This document shows positions 51,795 to 63,948 of a DNA stretch of 64,000 nucleotides, piece by piece. The translations under genes were made by a program, and so were the position numbers. Location: NCBI RefSeq assembly GCF_006345805.1, contig NC_043024.1, forward strand, positions 6,262,001 to 6,326,000, given 5' to 3'. The notes beneath the pieces are model-generated. The model worked only from the letters and a program-made list of their open reading frames with translations. It did not search any database and was not told the origin of the DNA. Position 1 is the first letter of the stretch, and each line of letters starts with the position of its first letter. Source of the DNA: Octopus sinensis. Lineage: Eukaryota.

Positions 51795-52110
51795 GGTGCA
51801 TTCCTCAGTGGTTAGAGCATCGAGCTCCCTGATAGGTAATGAGTTCGATAACCCGGACCGGCTGTGTTCTTGAGCAAGACACTTATTTCACGTTGCTCCA
51901 GTTCACTCAGCTGTAGAAATGAGTTGCGACGTCACAGGCACCAAGCTGTATCGTATCGCCCCTTTGCCTTTCCCTTGGATAAACATCAGTGGGGAAGCTG
52001 GTATGTATGGACGACTAGTGGTCTTCCACAAACAACCTTGGAGAGGAATTAGTACCTCGGAGAGAAACTTTCTAGGTGCAATCTTATGGTCATTCGTGGC
52101 CGAAGACTCT
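51795..52110 (+). mobile_element. SINE family C, full length
   Basis: A box cctcagtggttagagc, B-box-like gagttcgataacc, body cttgagcaagacac...cagctgtagaaatgagttgc. Confidence 0.85.
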
Positions 52111-52657
52111 AAAGTCTGCAGTATAAAAAAATTAATACCAAAACCAAGTTACTTATTATTGAAAGAAGAGTATTAAAATATCGATCATCAATGCTAAAAC
52201 TTCAAATCTTCTAACTCCGAGTTACCCGTATCCGACATTCGAACAAAATTTGAAGAATTAAGGAAGGAATTGCTTGTAAGAATATTCGAATACTGAAAGC
52301 AGTAATGAAACATCTAATTGGAGGCCTGTGTAGAGATAAAATCAATAACATACAAAACGTATTTTATCAGATTGAAATCAACGGACTGGGAATAAAATGT
52401 TTGCGTAGAACAAAATATTTGCTTTGTAATTTTCCAAACAGCCGATCCGCCATTTCAATTTTCAGTGAAAAGTTTCTGATACTTTGACATTAGGCACAGG
52501 CAAGGCTGTATGGTGAAGAATCTCTCTTTGAAACTCAGTGGTTCTGGGTTCAGTCCCACCGCACAGTACTCCGGACAAATGCCTTCTACTGTTCTACTAT
52601 GGCCCTGAGCGGACTAATGCCTTATTGGTTGACGCACATTGTGCGGCAGCCCGTCGG

Positions 52658-52690
<33 letters not shown>

Positions 52691-52789
52691 TGTATGTATG
52701 TATGTATGTATGTATGTATGTATGTATGTTCAGATTTGTATGTTCTATGTATGTATTCTCATGCATATAGTTGCATACCTAGACATGTT

Positions 52790-54905
52790 CGTATATATTT
52801 AAATGATAAACTTCCGGAAAGAGCTCGACGAAGACATCCTACAAAGTAAAATCCCATCATAACTGTCGGAATAAAATCCCTTCATAACTGTTGAGGAACT
52901 AGCAGAGAAGCCTGGATTTGGTCAGTCAACTATTCATAGATTCATAGTTTTACAGATTTTTACAGTTCCAGTGATGGATTGGATATGTAGTCTTTGAATT
53001 AGCTTTCTCCTTTCTAGTTTTGAGAAGCTTAATTTCTCAAGAATGGTATTTAGGTAGTGTGTTGCATATCCCAGAGCCCCAATAATTACAGGTATAAACC
53101 CGAACTTGTAATCTGGATAGCATAACAGCAGATTTTCCAATAGTTCAGCGTAGGTATTCTTTTTTTCGCTGATCTTCTGTTTTATGTTAACATTCACTGG
53201 GCAACTAATTTCCACAACTGTACACAGATTCTTTTCTCTTTCCCAAATCATTATAACGGGTCTGTTGCGCTTACATTTTATTGAGGTCTTCACTGGTACA
53301 TTCCACCAATACTCCTTTTTATTATGAGTGGCTATGGCTTCTACCATACTGTGGGTTCTTATTTCTTTGTCCTCGGGATTATCATTCCGACGGATTTCAT
53401 TATAAAGTGTCCTAGCTACATCATGTCTCATTGATGGATTTATACCATGGTGACATTTTCGGACAACTGCTTATGATGTGGATGATATCTTCAGTGTGAA
53501 CACCTCAAAGTCTGCATCGGTTGTCACATTTTACTGCTTTTCCTGCATCTCTATCCCTCTTGTGCATCAGGTATTTGGTTAATATTTTCTGTTCCTAGAT
53601 TGCAAACGCATACCCTTCAAAGTGGGAGGTAGTAATCCGGTTATTGGTCCATGATAGACTGCGTTGATGATCAATGTTACTATCACCATGGAGCTTTGTA
53701 CTAACAAGTTCATGCAGTCTTCTGCTCATATAGGCTCATCCTTTCATCTGATGATATGTCGTGTGACTTCTTTGGGCATGTATTTCAGGTTATCAAACAA
53801 GGAATGCTGCTCAAGGAGCTGCCTTCCAAGTCTTATGATGTTATCAGCCTCATGTGTGCAAACTTGGTCAAGGGATGCGCTTCGACACTTGGTGGTTAAA
53901 AGATGTTGCCGAAGGGATATGATGCGACATTCAAAGGCATTTTGGATCGATGTTAAGCCTCTGCCGCCTTGTTTTCATTTTAGGTAGAGGCAGTCTACAT
54001 CACTGCTTATGTGAATATTATGTGTGCTTGTTAGTATTTATCAGGTTTGCACATCAATGGCTCGGATCTCATCAAGCGTCCAGTGAAGCAGCCCCAATGT
54101 TGGTGTGAGTACTGGCACTGCAATTGTTTTATTGAATGCAGAGAGTTCTGAGGTCCAAATTGTGTTTATTTGGCTCTAATATTCTTTAGTGACACGTATT
54201 TTGTTACAAGTACCACTGTAAGGTATATTTTCATCCACCCCTAGATACCTGTAACATTCCTTGTCAGATATAGGGGAAAACGGTCAAGTCATTGATGGTT
54301 TATAGTTTACCCCTTTTCACAACTATATAACTATATTTATCCTGACCAAACTCCACTCCTACATTCTTTGAAAATGTTGTAACTAGGTCAAGGCTCTTTT
54401 TCATCTCGTGGATATTCTTTGCAGAAAGTTTTAAGTCATCCACAAAGAAACAGTGTGTAATTTTGGTATTCCTGTTTCCCTGTGAACCAGTGATATATCC
54501 CTCAGTCCTCCTTAACATGAATGACAAGGGGTTTGCAGAAAGTATAAACATCACAAAGAAGCTGTCCCCTTGGAATATGCCTTTGCGATATTGTATTCTA
54601 TCAGTGATAAATACAGTCACTCTTTGTATTTAATTTCAAGATGGTGGGCCACGATGAAGTCAGGTTAGCTATGGCTTTGACTATTTTCATTGGAACTTCG
54701 GCAAGTTGAAGGGCTTCTAGCATCCATGACTGGAGAACAGAGTCAAAGGCTTTCTTGTAGTCTAGCCACATTGAAGCTAGGTTCCTCCTATGCTCTCGCT
54801 CCTCTGACATCGCAGTTTTGTTGATTAGCAATTGCTCGGCACATCCCCGGACTCTTTCCCTTCCAACTGGAATTAATCTACCAGAATGTGGATTCGTCAC
54901 ACGGC
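52790..54905 (-). pseudogene. ~2.1-kb R4/Dong-clade LINE fragment (RT core to restriction-like endonuclease), frameshifted
   Basis: WLDYKKAFDSV (54601-54900), KGIFQGDS...HCFFVDDLKL (54300-54620), RHD...NRPVIMIW...VVEISCP...IPVIIGALG (52934-53431). Confidence 0.9.
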
Positions 54906-54949
54906 TCTAAATACTCATCACCAATTTCGTTAAGAGCTTTTAATACCGC

Positions 54950-55037
54950 AGCAGTGGCTGTGTAGTAAGTAGCTTGCTTGCGAACCACATGGTTCCGGGT
55001 TCAGTCCGACTGCGTGGCACCTTGGCCAAGTGTCTTC

Positions 55038-55072
<35 letters not shown>

Positions 55073-55196
55073 ATGGTTCGGGTTCAGTCCGACTGCGTGG
55101 CACCTTGGCCAAGGTGTCTTCTACTATATATATTTATATATATATCACATGGTTCCGGGTTCAGTCCGACTGCGTGGCACCTTGGCCAAGTTCTTC

Positions 55197-55239
<43 letters not shown>

Positions 55240-55290
55240 ACATGGTTCCGGGTTCAGTCCGACTGCGTGGCACCTTGGCCAAGTGTCTTC

Positions 55291-55331
<41 letters not shown>

Positions 55332-55380
55332 ATGGTTCCGGGTTCAGTCCGACTGCGTGGCACCTTGGCCAAGTGTCTTC

Positions 55381-55431
<51 letters not shown>

Positions 55432-55479
55432 ATGGTTCCGGGTTCAGTCCGACTGCGTGGCACCTTGCCAAGTGTCTTC

Positions 55480-55518
<39 letters not shown>

Positions 55519-55566
55519 ATGGTCCGGGTTCAGTCCGACTGCGTGGCACCTTGGCCAAGTGTGTCT

Positions 55567-55605
<39 letters not shown>

Positions 55606-55656
55606 ACATGGTTCCGGGTTCAGTCCGACTGCGTGGCACCTTGGCCAAGTGTCTTC

Positions 55657-55694
<38 letters not shown>

Positions 55695-56130
55695 TATGGT
55701 TCCGGGTTCAGTCCGACTGCGTGGCACTTCGCCAAGTGTCTTCTATACATATTATATAATATATATATATATATATATCTCACATGGTTCCGGGTTCAGT
55801 CCGACTGCGTGGCACCTTGGCCAAGTGGTTCTTCTATTATATATATATATATATATATATAATATAATCACATGGTTCCGGGTTCAGTCCGACTGCGTGG
55901 CACCTTGGCCAAGTGTCTTCTACTATATATATTATATATATATCACATGGTTCCGGGTTCAGTCCGACTGCGTGGCACCTGGGCCAAGTGTCTTCTACTA
56001 TATATATTTATATATATATCACATGGTTCCGGGTTCAGTCCGACTGCGTGGCACCTGGGCCAAGTGTCTTCTACTATATATATATATGTGGTTCGTAAGC
56101 AAGCTACTTATCACACAGCCACTCCTATGC
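54950..56130 (+). repeat. 13-unit tandem array of a 55-bp SINE family A fragment separated by variable (TA)n, bracketed by oppositely oriented SINE heads
   Basis: cacatggttccgggttcagtccgactgcgtggcaccttggccaagtgtcttctac at about 54986, 55070, 55146, 55239, 55329, 55429, 55516, 55605, 55693, 55781, 55869, 55944 and 56020. Confidence 0.95.
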
Positions 56131-56929
56131 CTCTACAGATTTTCTAATGAAATTATAAAGATAACGAAAGCAAGCAGTGTAATAGCACTGCTAACACAAT
56201 AGAACACAATATTGACTTATAAAACACTTAATACACTTTGTAGCATATTATAGTTGTATAACGAAATACGGTGTCCACACAGGTAATTAATGTTTCTCTG
56301 AAGATGTATAATGTTATTCAGGAAAACTACATTGTTTGAAGTTTAGTAGAATCATTGAAAATTAGTATTCGTAGCAGATGAGATTTCTCAAACAGCGTCC
56401 AAGGAGGGAGACGAAATCCAGCAAGCTAGTGTTGGTAATAGGAAATGTACTGGACGATCTAAGGGAAGGAAAATATCACAGATTATAGAGAGGCGGTTGT
56501 CTGGGTGAAAGAATACCTCAGCTTGTGTTCTTGAGGACAAAACTGAAACTGAATTTCTAATCTACAAATGGTAACGATATTTTAGGCAATAAAATCCAGC
56601 ACGATTTTGTTAAGTTTTAAAGGGTGGTGAAAATAACATGATGCTTTCCTTTAGAAGTCTGCTAAGAATCAGGTGGCCGGTTAAAATTAACTCCAAATAA
56701 AACGAGAAGGAAACCTATAACCATACATACATGTATACATACACGCATGCTTGCACGCTATACACACATATGTTACATGCAGGTACATATCGACATGCAG
56801 TATGTAGAAAATACTTGATGGGAAGTGTACCAAATGAGAGACAACTGAACAGTGGACGGGGATGAACGAGAAGAAAGTTTCAAAATCAATAGAGAAGTTT
56901 CTAAATGTATTTCTGGGGCTCTCTTTTAC

Positions 56930-57340
56930 TCTTTTACTCTTTTACTCTTTTACTTGTTTCAGTCATTTGACTGCGGCCGTGCTGGAGCACCGCCTTTAGT
57001 CGAGCAAATCGACCCCGGGACTTATTCTTTGTAAGCCCAGTACTTATTCTATCGGTCTCTTTTGCCGAACAGCTAAGTGACGGGGACGTAAACACACCAA
57101 CATCGGTTGTGAAGCAATGCTAGGGGGACAAACACAGACACACAAACACATACATATATATACATATATATATACATATATACGACAGGCTTCTTTCAGT
57201 TTCCGTCTACCAAATCCACTCACAAGGAATTGGTCGGCCCGGGGCTATAGCAGAAGACGTTATCCCAAGATGCCACGCAGTGGGACTGAACCCGGAACCA
57301 TGTGGTTGGTTAGTAAGCTACTTACCACACAGCCACTCTG
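56930..57340 (-). mobile_element. SINE family A, full length
   Basis: Complete head, body and tail. Confidence 0.9.
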
Positions 57341-57608
57341 TGTGTAAAAGTAATTAACAACACTTACGAACAATTATCTGAAGCTTCATTTATTGCTCAT
57401 AATGTTTTCTGCGTTGGTCTTTTCAGAAAACTAAATGCGACAATTACATCCCGGGAGAAACACACTACTAGGATCTACAGCAATTTAACTAGTCCATCAC
57501 GACTGGAAAATAATCACGCCATATTCATGATGACAAAATCTGTGTCGTGAGAATGGAGAATGGTGACGTAACGCGGCTGCCTCAACATTCTGGGATTACC
57601 GCCAAAAA

Positions 57609-57645
<37 letters not shown>

Positions 57646-58191
57646 CCCGAGAAAAATAGTTCTTGAAGGTCGAATCATGCGATGACTTGACTCTGATCGG
57701 TCAATCGGCAGATCACGTGAAACTACTGTGGTATGGTCGAGATGTTTATTCGACTATTCAGTGATTCGGTTTCGAATCCGCTACACCTTCAACACTTGTC
57801 ACATAAATCGTAATGCCAAAAAAACGTCCAAAACCTTTTTTGAAGTCAATCAAATTCTGGTAGAATTCGCAAGGGTGCGTGAGTTTTGGAGATGTTTCTA
57901 GGTCAGTAGTATCTGGTGTTAAATGTCTGCTCTGATGATCCATCTTTTTTTTTTTTTGCTTGAATACTGTCCGCTAATCTGTAAGAATTTCTTTCTTCAT
58001 CTTCTGTTTACAAAAAAAAAATGAAATTTACTGGGGTGGCTGTATCTGGCTTAACACCGCTGCCTGGAAACTTGAGTGCTTTTATTAAAAGGATCCACTC
58101 TATTCAGAACAGACTTCTGGGTCCAAGAGACCTTCTTCCCACCTACCTTCCCCTAACCAGTCTCGGAGTCTTTGTCGCGGGTTACATGCAC

Positions 58192-58504
58192 AAGCGCATA
58201 GCTCAGTGCTTAGAGCGTTAGGCTTACAACCGTGAGGTTGTGATTTCGATTCCCGGACCGTGTTGTGTTTTGTGCTCTTGAGCAAGACACTTTATTTCAC
58301 GATGCTCCAGGTCAGTCAGCTGTAGAAATTAGTTGCAACGTTACTGGTGCCAAGTTGGGCCTGTGAGTTTCACTTGGACAACCTCGGTGGCGTGGAGAGC
58401 GAAGACTGACACCCATGGGCAACTACTGGTCTTCCACAAACAACATTGCCCGAACTTTCTTGATGCAATCCCATATTCATTCGTGACCGAAGAGGGTCTT
58501 TACC
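58192..58504 (+). mobile_element. SINE family C, full length
   Basis: tagctcagtgcttagagcg head, gtgatttcgattcccggacc B-box region, family C body. Confidence 0.85.
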
Positions 58505-58625
58505 ACACACACACATACACACACACTCATACATGTACTGATGCGACTCTCTGTTCTATCCTATTACTCTTTCGTTTTTCTCTCCCTTTCCAAGTAAGTT
58601 TTATTTATCTCTCTCTCTCTTTCTC

Positions 58626-58706
<81 letters not shown>

Positions 58707-58743
58707 TATTATATATACATACATATGTATATATATATTTAAA

Positions 58744-59059
58744 CTAGCAGTATCGCCCGGCGTTGCTCAGGTTTGTAAGGGAAATAACTATAAAGCATTT
58801 TTAGAGAGTTATAGCCAAAAAATAGCAAAAAAATGGAAAAATATGATGGTAATTTTTTTTTGAGAGTTAAAAAAGGATGGAGTTGCGTCCCCTAGACAGT
58901 TTGTGGTTCGTGTTTCTGATTTTCGACCCCATGTCGTTAGTTTTGAATTATGACATTGGGCTATGTGTGTGTCAAGTTCATCAGAATCGGTTGAAAGCCG
59001 TGGTCAGGGTGAGGGTACAAGCAAACAGACACACAGAAAGACGCACAGACAAACTGCCG

Positions 59060-59070
<11 letters not shown>
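58744..59070 (-). mobile_element. Non-autonomous Helitron (internally deleted copy)
   Basis: Reverse complement of 59170-59554; CTAG 3' end at 58744-58747 with a subterminal hairpin; lacks about 50 bp present in the + copy; 5' end merges into (TA)n. Confidence 0.8.
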
Positions 59071-59115
<45 letters not shown>

Positions 59116-59169
59116 CACACTATATATATATATATATATTTAAGTTCGTTTACGGGAAATGTTTTTGAA

Positions 59170-59554
59170 TCTCTCTCTATATAAACGGCAGTTTGTCTGT
59201 GTGTGTTTCTGTGTGTCTGTTTTCTCGTACCCTCACCCTGACCACGGCTTTCAACCGATTCTGATGAAACTTGACACACACATAGCCCAATGTCATAATT
59301 CAAAACTAACGCAGCGAAAATTTTGAAAAGTTCCCTCAGTTCTGAAAAAGATCGATAAATTCGACATGGGGTCGACAATCAGAAACACAAACCACAGATG
59401 GTCTAGGGGACGCAACTCGACCTTTTTAACAATCAAAAAAAATTTACCATAATTTTTTTTCCCATTTTTTTGCTATTTTTTGGCTATAACTCTCTAAAAA
59501 TGCTTTATAGTTATTTCCCTTACAAACCCGAGCAACGCCGGGCGATACTGCTAG
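59170..59554 (+). mobile_element. Non-autonomous Helitron, complete termini
   Basis: A|TC start (59169/59170), 3' hairpin cccgagcaacgccggg, CTAG|T end (59551-59555), no TSD. Confidence 0.88.
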
Positions 59555-59768
59555 TATGCCTATAAAAGCGCCTATTCTATTATGTCGGCTACAGCCTAAT
59601 GATACCAACTTACAATAACAGTTTTATGGGGCTGCACCGAGTTGTGCCGATATAATGTAGGATAAATATAGTAATAATGATAATAATCCATGGATGGAAT
59701 TTACAAATATTTTAATGAATCACTACGCGCGTTTCTACAAATCATAGTTGGCGTGTTCATTTCCTCAG

Positions 59769-59844
59769 GAGATATGGCATTAAAGTTGGAAGCAACGAAT
59801 GTATAATTGAAGGTTGTTTATCAATTTTAAACCAAAATGAAAAG
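59769..59844 (+). CDS. Weak candidate 76-nt exon (RYGIKVGSNECIIEGCLSILNQNEK)
   Basis: Acceptor catttcctcag, donor aag|gtatgt, one open frame; no recognisable protein family. Confidence 0.15.
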
Positions 59845-60182
59845 GTATGTGGGCAGCTGTGTGTGTATTTGTTTGGGAGAGGCAGAAGGTGAGGGAAAGA
59901 GAGAAAGGAATGATAACGATAGAAGAGAGGAGTGTGTGGTCATGTTAGGCTTGTCTTGATGTTTGCGTTCGCAGACGTCGCGATGGGTTACGACAGCTCA
60001 TTGCTTTGGCCTCAGTCACAACCGGCGCCTCCCCAGTGCACCTCATCCAACCATTGACAGCCTTGTTAACTCACAAATAAAGAATATTTATCCATCAATG
60101 CCTTGTTCAGCACTTATTCTCCCTGTTCGACATTAGCGTGTGTATGCATACACGCGCGGGCGTATATAGACATCGCAGACAC

Positions 60183-60605
60183 CAGCACTAGATTAACCAT
60201 TAAGAAAAATAAGCACGTGCTTAGGGTTTCAAGGGAAGGCGGGGACACCACAGAAATGGTAAATGGTCTACGGTACAAAAGAAATCACTTTAAACTTGCT
60301 AAAATAACATTCGAGTGCTTTGTCTCTTCTAAGCATAGAAGCAGAGATATTACGTAAGATTAATTTTGAGGATCTAATCAGACTTTGCGGTTAAAAACGA
60401 AGTTGGGAAAAAACTTTTCTAATATAAATAAAATGGAAGAATGCAAAAATAAACATTATTTTCCATCTTACTGACGGTTTTGTTTCGATTTGAAAATTAA
60501 ATTTATTTTATAGCTTATTATTGTTTATATTTTGAATTACGTATATATGGGGTAACCAAAATCTTTTAAGTGCTTTGGGGTGTCTATGGGGCTTAATCGG
60601 GCCTG
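60183..60605. mobile_element. hAT-like non-autonomous element (same family as 19150-19520)
   Basis: Starts cagcactagattaa, ends ttaatcgggcctg; shares acagaaatggtaaa...aaagaaatcact..aaacttgctaaaata with the 19-kb copy. Confidence 0.6.
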
Positions 60606-60649
60606 GATGGATACATACGTACATACATATATACAGCCATCAATATCTA

Positions 60650-62480
60650 ACGAACAAGGTCTTAGTAGTCAAAACTTAACGTCACATGTCTTTTCAGACG
60701 GCTGTGGGCCACGATACAAAATCTCAAGGCCTCACCTCAACCGGGACTACCACCTGCTACCCCTGAAATGGTCTTCATATATGAAGTCCTTTTTTGTTTT
60801 ATTTGGGTTTTTTTCCCAGCAAACCCCGCTCCATATTGCTTTCACAGGTCACCGACCACTCTATAATTATTTTGTTTTTTATTGTTTTTATTTGTTATTT
60901 TTGCGAAGTAAATGTCACAGGATTTTTTATGAAGAATAAACACAAAATTGTGTGCCCCAATTTGGATTCTGCAATGAGACCTGTGCCTCATAGCGAAAGT
61001 TCACCAGAAGATGGTATTGAAACATCAGATGATGATGCTGACTGTCACAGTAGTGCTGCTGAGGAAGATTACGTGGCTGATGACGATAGCTTTGAACATC
61101 AGAAATTTTCCCAAACTGAACTGAATGTCAAAGACCTATCCCTCTCAAAAGACTGGCATCAAGACTGAAGAAGTGTCTGCTAGAGCACGGTGTTCGCACA
61201 ACTTATTTTTGGCAGCGAAGTGTGGTTCTACAAACGTGTTTTCCTGTTGAAGGCCCGCTTTGCTTTAGCAGTAACATCGATGGACTTTTCGAATGTTTAT
61301 CACAAAAGCACGATCCTGCGGAGTGACTCTTCAAAACGAAGTTTAAAAGCTGTACTTCTCCATAACGGTAATTGAAACCCTCCATTCCTATTGTACACTC
61401 AGTTCATTATCATGAATTATATGAGAATATGAAACTTTTACATCGTGCCATTGCCTATGAAAGATACTCGTGGAAAATATGTAGAGATTTAAAAAATGAT
61501 TGGAATAGTAATGGGAATGCAGTCAGGTTTCACAAAATACTGTTGTTTCTTGTGTCTATGGGACAGTCAGGCAACAGACAGGCATTATTCGGAATCAAAC
61601 TGGCAGACAAAAACATCATACCAGCCAGGACAGTCTAGCATCAAGAATACACCTCTTGTAGATCCATGTAATGTCCTATTGCCTCCTTTGCACATAAAAC
61701 TTGGACTGATGAAACAGATGAAACAGAAGGGAAGAGAAATGCCAGAGGGTTTGAGTATATTGTAGAAAAGTTCCCCAAAATCACATAGGTTAAGTTGAAA
61801 AAGGGTATCTTTGTCGGACCCCAAATTAGAGAAATACCCAAAGATGTCAACTTCAAGACAACACTAGATGAACTGGAATGTATCCAATTGGATCTGTGAG
61901 AATTTCTTGGGCAACAAGAAGGTAATGGACTCCAAGGATGGCATCAAGAATCTTCTGAAATCTGACTCAGCAATGGGTTGTCGTATGTCATTGAAAGTTC
62001 ACTTCTTGGACTCCCATCTGGATTTCTTCACAGATAACCTTGGAGCAGTGTCTGATGAACATGGTGAAAGATTTCACCAGGACATTAGAGTATGGAGAAA
62101 CGGTACCAAGGCTTCTGGAATGACAGTATACAGGCTGACTACTGCCGGACATTTTACCGTGATAACCAGATCAGGAACACGGCAGGAAATCCAAATCACA
62201 ATGTTTCTCTGTTCTTCTAACTTCGTTTTATCTAACCCATTCTTTTTGTGTATTCACTCTTTGTAGAATGATAATGTGGGTTTGTAATTCAATAAACTCA
62301 TTTACTTTCTAAAAATAATGTCCTTATTTATAACGTTAAGAATTTCATTTATACAAATATGTAAATATTTTCATGTATCTGCTGAAAACTGATATGTGCT
62401 GCATATAAAAAGAGTGAAATTTTTAGATCAGTTTGAAAAATTAGTCTAAAAAAGTTGGTCTGCATTCATATTGAGTATAA
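60650..62480 (+). pseudogene. Degenerate Chapaev3-like (CMC) DNA transposon transposase
   Basis: CYFCEVNVTGF..KNKHKI.CPNLDSAMRPVPH; GMQSGFTKYCCFLCLWDS; LLPPLHIKLGLMKQ; KGIFVGPQIR; NFLGN...MGCRMSLKVHFLDSHLDFFTDNLGAVSDEHGERFHQDI. Family assignment is from remembered motifs; boundaries are approximate. Confidence 0.75.
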
Positions 62481-63529
62481 TACATTTAATTTTGACCAAT
62501 GTTTTTAGTGCTAAACATGGTATTAGATTCTCTTTATGTATATATACTTTTTATTTTCGATTCTTTGTAAGTCAATTTATTACTTATAAAAGAACTGTCT
62601 TCCATTCTCACTCATGCCTTCTCCTGTGTGCGATTAACTAGAAGCAAATACCAGTATGAATTGCAATCGGTAAAAGCAAAACGGTGATGAAAGAAGGAGG
62701 TACCTTTTGACAAGTCACCTGACGAAGCACATTTGCACCGAATGGTGCACCACAACAGTTTGTACAGAATCTCACCGCGAGGAACCGATGCACGATGAGT
62801 CGAAACAATCGCAGTGATTACTAAACAATCTCGGGAATTCCATTTTCTTTCTCTTTCTCTCATATTCTATGTGTGTGTGTATAGATAGATAGATACATAC
62901 ATACATGCATACACACACACACACACACATATATATATGTATATATATATGTCAAAGCCTTTCTCATTCTTCCCGAGCGTCAAATTAATACACCTGTTTG
63001 TTGTTCCCACACCTGTCTTTGTGTTTCATTTTCTGTACATTGGAACCGTGTGTGTGTGTGTATGCGCATGCGCGTACATACATAAAACAATTTCCTACAC
63101 AGTTTCTGCATACCAAATACCTTCACAAGGCATTAATCGGTTTATAACTATAGTAGAAGTCACATGCCCAAGATGTTACACAGTTGGAATTGAACCTGAA
63201 GAAAGCGCGTGATTGCAAAAGCAGAATTCTTATCGATGCAGCCACGTCTGGGTCATTTTTAAAGAATTTGTCAGTTCAAAACCACGGCCATAAAGTTCGG
63301 ACGTTCCTTCATTATTGTCGTAACATAGCTTGAGAACACAACACAACCAGTCTTTCAAAATCTCCGTCACCTTCAAACCATTAACTAGGTCGTTCTCATG
63401 AAAGTTAAAACCAAAGCAGGTTTTCAGAAATGTTTAGAATGACAAGAAAAATTACTATGTACCAGTAAAGCTATGATGAAATGATTCTATTTCACCAGAT
63501 ATCGATATTGGGACAATTTCTTCTAATTC

Positions 63530-63722
63530 TACGCCTCTCATATCAAGATAAACAGCGCATGACCTTGCTGGTGGGGTCTAGATAGCATTTTCTTCTGGTC
63601 GAGTAACCCATCCCGCTCAAAAGATCCATGAAAAAGGATTGTTTAAAGATGTTGAACGAACCACCTTTGTTTCCAAAGGTAAATTATCCAAACCTCTAAG
63701 AATTCCTTTCAACACACAGCTA
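63530..63722. mobile_element. Partial copy of the unclassified 26190-26732 repeat
   Basis: Reverse-complement match. Confidence 0.65.
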
Positions 63723-63827
63723 ACTTCTAAATCAGGGGTCCCCAAACTTTTTAGACCATCGACCTCTTCATGGAATCTTTGATCTCTCATTAACCACCAG
63801 GCATGTACAAAATGATGATGATGATGG

Positions 63828-63873
<46 letters not shown>

Positions 63874-63895
63874 AATAATAATAACAATAATAATA

Positions 63896-63947
<52 letters not shown>

Positions 63948-63948
<1 letters not shown>

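Noticed and set aside
54950-56130. CRISPR array
   Set aside because: Spacers are only (TA)n, the repeat is a SINE fragment, there are no cas genes and the context is eukaryotic.
62715-62825. CTGACGA...GAAA hammerhead candidate
   Set aside because: Stems I and III cannot be closed around a UH site.
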